Of a stretch of DNA of 17,810 nt, positions 14,804 through 17,810 are shown piece after piece. The notes under the pieces were generated by a model that had not been told where the DNA came from, did no database searches, and saw nothing but the letters and a program-made list of their open reading frames with translations. The DNA comes from Pseudomonadota bacterium. GTDB lineage: Bacteria > Bdellovibrionota_B > Oligoflexia > Oligoflexales > CAIYRB01. The stretch is from assembly GCA_031416315.1 (NCBI GenBank), contig JANOTL010000218.1, positions 1-17,810 of the forward strand. Reading direction: 5' to 3'. A program made the translations under genes and the position numbers. Position 1 is the stretch's first letter. Every line of letters begins with the position of its first letter.

Positions 14804-17800
14804 ATGTTAGGGTCACGCCCCGTGGCGGACCCTTTCGACACATTGTTCAAAGCCTTGCGCGAGAGCTGCACGCCGGCCGTCTGGTCGAAGGGCGTGGAGC
14901 TGGCGAGGCAGAGCCTCGTCGCGGGCGAAAAAGACGAAGGCGGCACGCTCGAGCTGCGCGTCCGCCAGGCTAGCGGCGGTGTGAGCCAGGTCGCGACCTT
15001 GAACCTCGAGGACGAAGAGTGGCTGTGCACCTGCTCGGGCGATGACGATCCGTGCGCGCACGTGGCCGCTGCGGCGATCGCGGTGCGGCGCGCCCGCGAA
15101 GCTGGCGAAGCGTTGCCCAGGGCCTCGGTCGCCGCCGGCGGCACGATCGGCTATCGCCTCAGCCGGCGCCGCGAAGGCGAGAAAACCTGGCTCATCGTCG
15201 AGCGGCGCTTCGTCCTCGAAGGCCGGGAGGCGCCCTTCTTGGGCACCGCCGCGGCGATCGCTGCTGGTAAGCCTTCGTCTCCCCTTCCCTTTCCGGTCGC
15301 CGTGGCGTCGGCGGACCTGGAGATCGAGATGGCGCTTCGGGACGCGCGCGGCGGCGCGCCCCCGATCGCGGCGATGGCCGGCGTCCTATCGGCGTTGCGT
15401 AGCGCTTCAGCGTTGAGCTTGGACGGCAGCCCGGTCCGGCTCGATCCGACGCCGGTCGGGCCGCGCATCACGGTCGAGGAAGACGGTCCGGGGGTGCGGC
15501 TCGCTCTCGTCGAGTATCCGGGCGCGCGCGAGCGCTTCGCGAATGGTGCCGTGCTCGTTGGCGACGTGCTGCATCCGGCGCAGCGTTACGAGCTCACGCC
15601 GCCTGAGCAGGAGATGTTGGCGAAACGCCGCCTCTTCGTCCCGGGCGAGTTCGGCTTTCTCGTGGCCGAGGTGATTCCGGCGCTCGAAGCGAAGCTTCCG
15701 GTCGAGGTGCGGACGGCGGCCCTGCCGCGGCGGACGAGCGGCAAGCCGCGGCTCGAGCTGGAGCTGACGAAGACGGACGGCGAGGGCATGGCCGTGCAGC
15801 CTGCGATCGTTTACGGCGAGCCGATGACGGCACGTGTCGTACGCGGCTGGCTGCACACTTTTGGCAATACGGCGCCGGTGCGTGACCTCGACCTCGAGCG
15901 TAAGCTGGCCGACGAGTTGACGCGTAAGTTTGGCTTCGGACTCGATGAAAGGCCGGTCTATCCGGCGCGGGAGGCGGTCGCGCTCGCGGCGCGCCTCGCG
16001 CGCGATGCGGCTGGCGCGTCGATCACGGGCGACGGGGTGCGGCAATTCGCTTTGTCGGCGCCCCTTCAGGCGCAAGTCGAGCTGGGGAAAACTCTCGAGG
16101 TGAGGTTCTCGAGTGCCGGTAGCGCGCCTGCGGGGCGCTTCGGCTCGGAGGATCTAGCAGGCGCCAAGAGCGGCGCCGTCGCGACGGCCTCCGCTTCCCG
16201 CGTCCTCGCCGCCTGGCGCGCCGGTGAGTCGCTGGTCTCCCTAGACGGTGGCGCAGGCTTTGCGCCCTTGCCCCTGGACTGGCTCTCGCGCTACGGAGCC
16301 CGGGTGCTGGAGCTCCTCGACGCCCGCGAGCTCGGCGGCGCCCTGCCGGCGGCTTTGGCGCCCGCCGCCGTGGAGCTGGCCGAGGACTTGGGCATCGCCG
16401 TGCCACCCGCCCTCGCGGGCCTGCGCGAGCGTCTCCTGCACTTCGAGCGTCTGCCGCCGCCGCGCGTTCCCGCGGACCTCGTCGCCACCTTGCGTCCGTA
16501 TCAGCGCGACGGGCTCGCTTGGCTGCAGTTCCTGCGCACGGAGCGCTTCGGCGCGCTCTTGGCCGACGACATGGGCCTCGGCAAGACCCTGCAAGCCATC
16601 GCTGCGATCGAAGGAAAGACTTTGGTCGTCGCACCGACGAGCGTCCTGCCCAACTGGCTCGCCGAGCTGCAGCGCTTCCGGCCTGGACTAACCGTCGAGT
16701 CGTATCACGGCGGCGGCCGCGCGCTCGACCCGAAGGCGCAGGTGACGGTGACCACGTACGCGGTCATGCGCCTCGACGTCGAGCGCCTCGCCGCGCTGCC
16801 GTGGGACATGATCGTCCTGGACGAGGCGCAGACGATCAAGAATCCGCAGAGTCAGACCGCGCGTGCCGCGTTCCGCCTCGAGGCGCGCTTCAAGGTCACT
16901 TTGAGCGGCACGCCGGTGGAGAACCGCCTCGACGATCTCTACAGCCAAATGCGCTTTCTCAACGCTGGACTCCTGGGCGACGCACGCGTCTTCCAAGAGC
17001 TCTACGCGCGGCCGATGGAGCAAGGCGGCGCCTTGGCCGAAGAAGCCGCAACGCGCCTCAAACGCCGCATCAAGCCCTTCGTGCTGCGCCGTCTGAAGCG
17101 CGACGTCGCTCCGGAGCTGCCGCCCCTGACTGAGATCGTCCTGCACGCCGAGCTGTCTCCGTCCGAGCGCGAGCGCTACGAGGCGGTGCGTCTCGCGACC
17201 CGCGCGGAAGTGATTGCGCAGCTAGGCGCAGGCGGCAACACGCTCGCGGCGCTCGAGGCGCTGCTGCGACTGCGCCAAGCGGCTTGTCATCCGGACCTCC
17301 TTCCCGGCGTCTCCGGCGAGTCCTCCGCCAAGCTCGAGCTGCTCGTGGACCGCCTCGGCGAGAGCGTGGCGAACGGCCACAAGGCTCTCGTCTTCTCGCA
17401 GTGGACGAGCTTCCTCGACCTCGTCGAGCCGGCACTCACGGCGGCGGGCTTGAGCTTTTCGCGCCTCGACGGCACCACGGTCGACCGCGAGGCCGTCGTC
17501 CGCGAGTTCCAGGCCGAGGGTGGACCGCCGGTGCTCCTGATGTCCCTAAAAGCGGGCGGCGTCGGCCTGAACCTGACCGCCGCCGATCACGTCTTCATGC
17601 TCGACCCTTGGTGGAACCCGGCAGTCGAGGATCAGGCGACGGCGCGAGCGCACCGCATCGGTCAGGAGCAGCCCGTGCTCGTGCAGCGGCTCGTCACCAA
17701 GGACTCGGTCGAAGAGCGCATCCTCGTGCTTCAGGAGAAGAAACGCGCCCTTGCCGCCGCAGCAGTCGTTTCGGGCAGCGCCGCCGGCGGCGCCACGCTG

Positions 17801-17810
17801 ACGAAAGACG
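14804..17810 (+). CDS. SWIM zinc-finger SNF2-family helicase/ATPase (3' end beyond the window)
   Basis: Absent from the ORF track because no stop is in the window. Start at ATG 14804 or GTG 14822. SWIM CTC-x6-CAH (15026-15061). In the same frame: LRPYQ, LADDMGLGKT (16559), DEAQTIKN (16820), SGTPVENRL, LVFSQW, SLKAGGVGLNLTAAD, DPWWNPAVEDQATARAHRIGQ. Confidence 0.93.
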   Translation, partial: MLGSRPVADPFDTLFKALRESCTPAVWSKGVELARQSLVAGEKDEGGTLELRVRQASGGVSQVATLNLEDEEWLCTCSGDDDPCAHVAAAAIAVRRAREAGEALPRASVAAGGTIGYRLSRRREGEKTWLIVERRFVLEGREAPFLGTAAAIAAGKPSSPLPFPVAVASADLEIEMALRDARGGAPPIAAMAGVLSALRSASALSLDGSPVRLDPTPVGPRITVEEDGPGVRLALVEYPGARERFANGAVLVGDVLHPAQRYELTPPEQEMLAKRRLFVPGEFGFLVAEVIPALEAKLPVEVRTAALPRRTSGKPRLELELTKTDGEGMAVQPAIVYGEPMTARVVRGWLHTFGNTAPVRDLDLERKLADELTRKFGFGLDERPVYPAREAVALAARLARDAAGASITGDGVRQFALSAPLQAQVELGKTLEVRFSSAGSAPAGRFGSEDLAGAKSGAVATASASRVLAAWRAGESLVSLDGGAGFAPLPLDWLSRYGARVLELLDARELGGALPAALAPAAVELAEDLGIAVPPALAGLRERLLHFERLPPPRVPADLVATLRPYQRDGLAWLQFLRTERFGALLADDMGLGKTLQAIAAIEGKTLVVAPTSVLPNWLAELQRFRPGLTVESYHGGGRALDPKAQVTVTTYAVMRLDVERLAALPWDMIVLDEAQTIKNPQSQTARAAFRLEARFKVTLSGTPVENRLDDLYSQMRFLNAGLLGDARVFQELYARPMEQGGALAEEAATRLKRRIKPFVLRRLKRDVAPELPPLTEIVLHAELSPSERERYEAVRLATRAEVIAQLGAGGNTLAALEALLRLRQAACHPDLLPGVSGESSAKLELLVDRLGESVANGHKALVFSQWTSFLDLVEPALTAAGLSFSRLDGTTVDREAVVREFQAEGGPPVLLMSLKAGGVGLNLTAADHVFMLDPWWNPAVEDQATARAHRIGQEQPVLVQRLVTKDSVEERILVLQEKKRALAAAAVVSGSAAGGATLTKD

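Noticed and set aside
14804..17810. SNF2 helicase as part of an anti-phage system (DISARM, Zorya or BREX-like)
   Set aside because: No methylase, nuclease or other defence partner is visible; SWIM-SNF2 is commonly a stand-alone gene.
1..17810. CRISPR arrays, tRNA/rRNA genes, IS elements or integrases
   Set aside because: None seen by eye; the window is almost entirely protein-coding with short spacers.

Overview
High-GC bacterial window; the gene types suggest a Myxococcota- or Bdellovibrionota-like organism (inference only). The centre is a single ~8 kb hybrid NRPS-PKS gene with the order degenerate C, A, PCP, KS, AT, ACP, class III aminotransferase, and no release domain. A divergent minus-strand operon on the left encodes a predicted outer-membrane beta-barrel, a REC + PilZ-like regulator and the 5' end of a probable WecB/TagA/CpsF glycosyltransferase that the ORF track misses. 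On the right are a DUF296/PPC protein, a polysaccharide-deacetylase-fold lipoprotein that has lost its metal ligands, a repeat-rich surface lipoprotein translationally coupled to an Sfp-type PPTase, and a SWIM-SNF2 helicase running off the end (also missing from the ORF track). Main hypothesis: a cell-envelope or exopolysaccharide-linked assembly line making a carrier-bound beta,gamma-diamino acyl unit that is handed off in trans. A Shine-Dalgarno + ATG inside the synthase may also produce a stand-alone ACP-aminotransferase.
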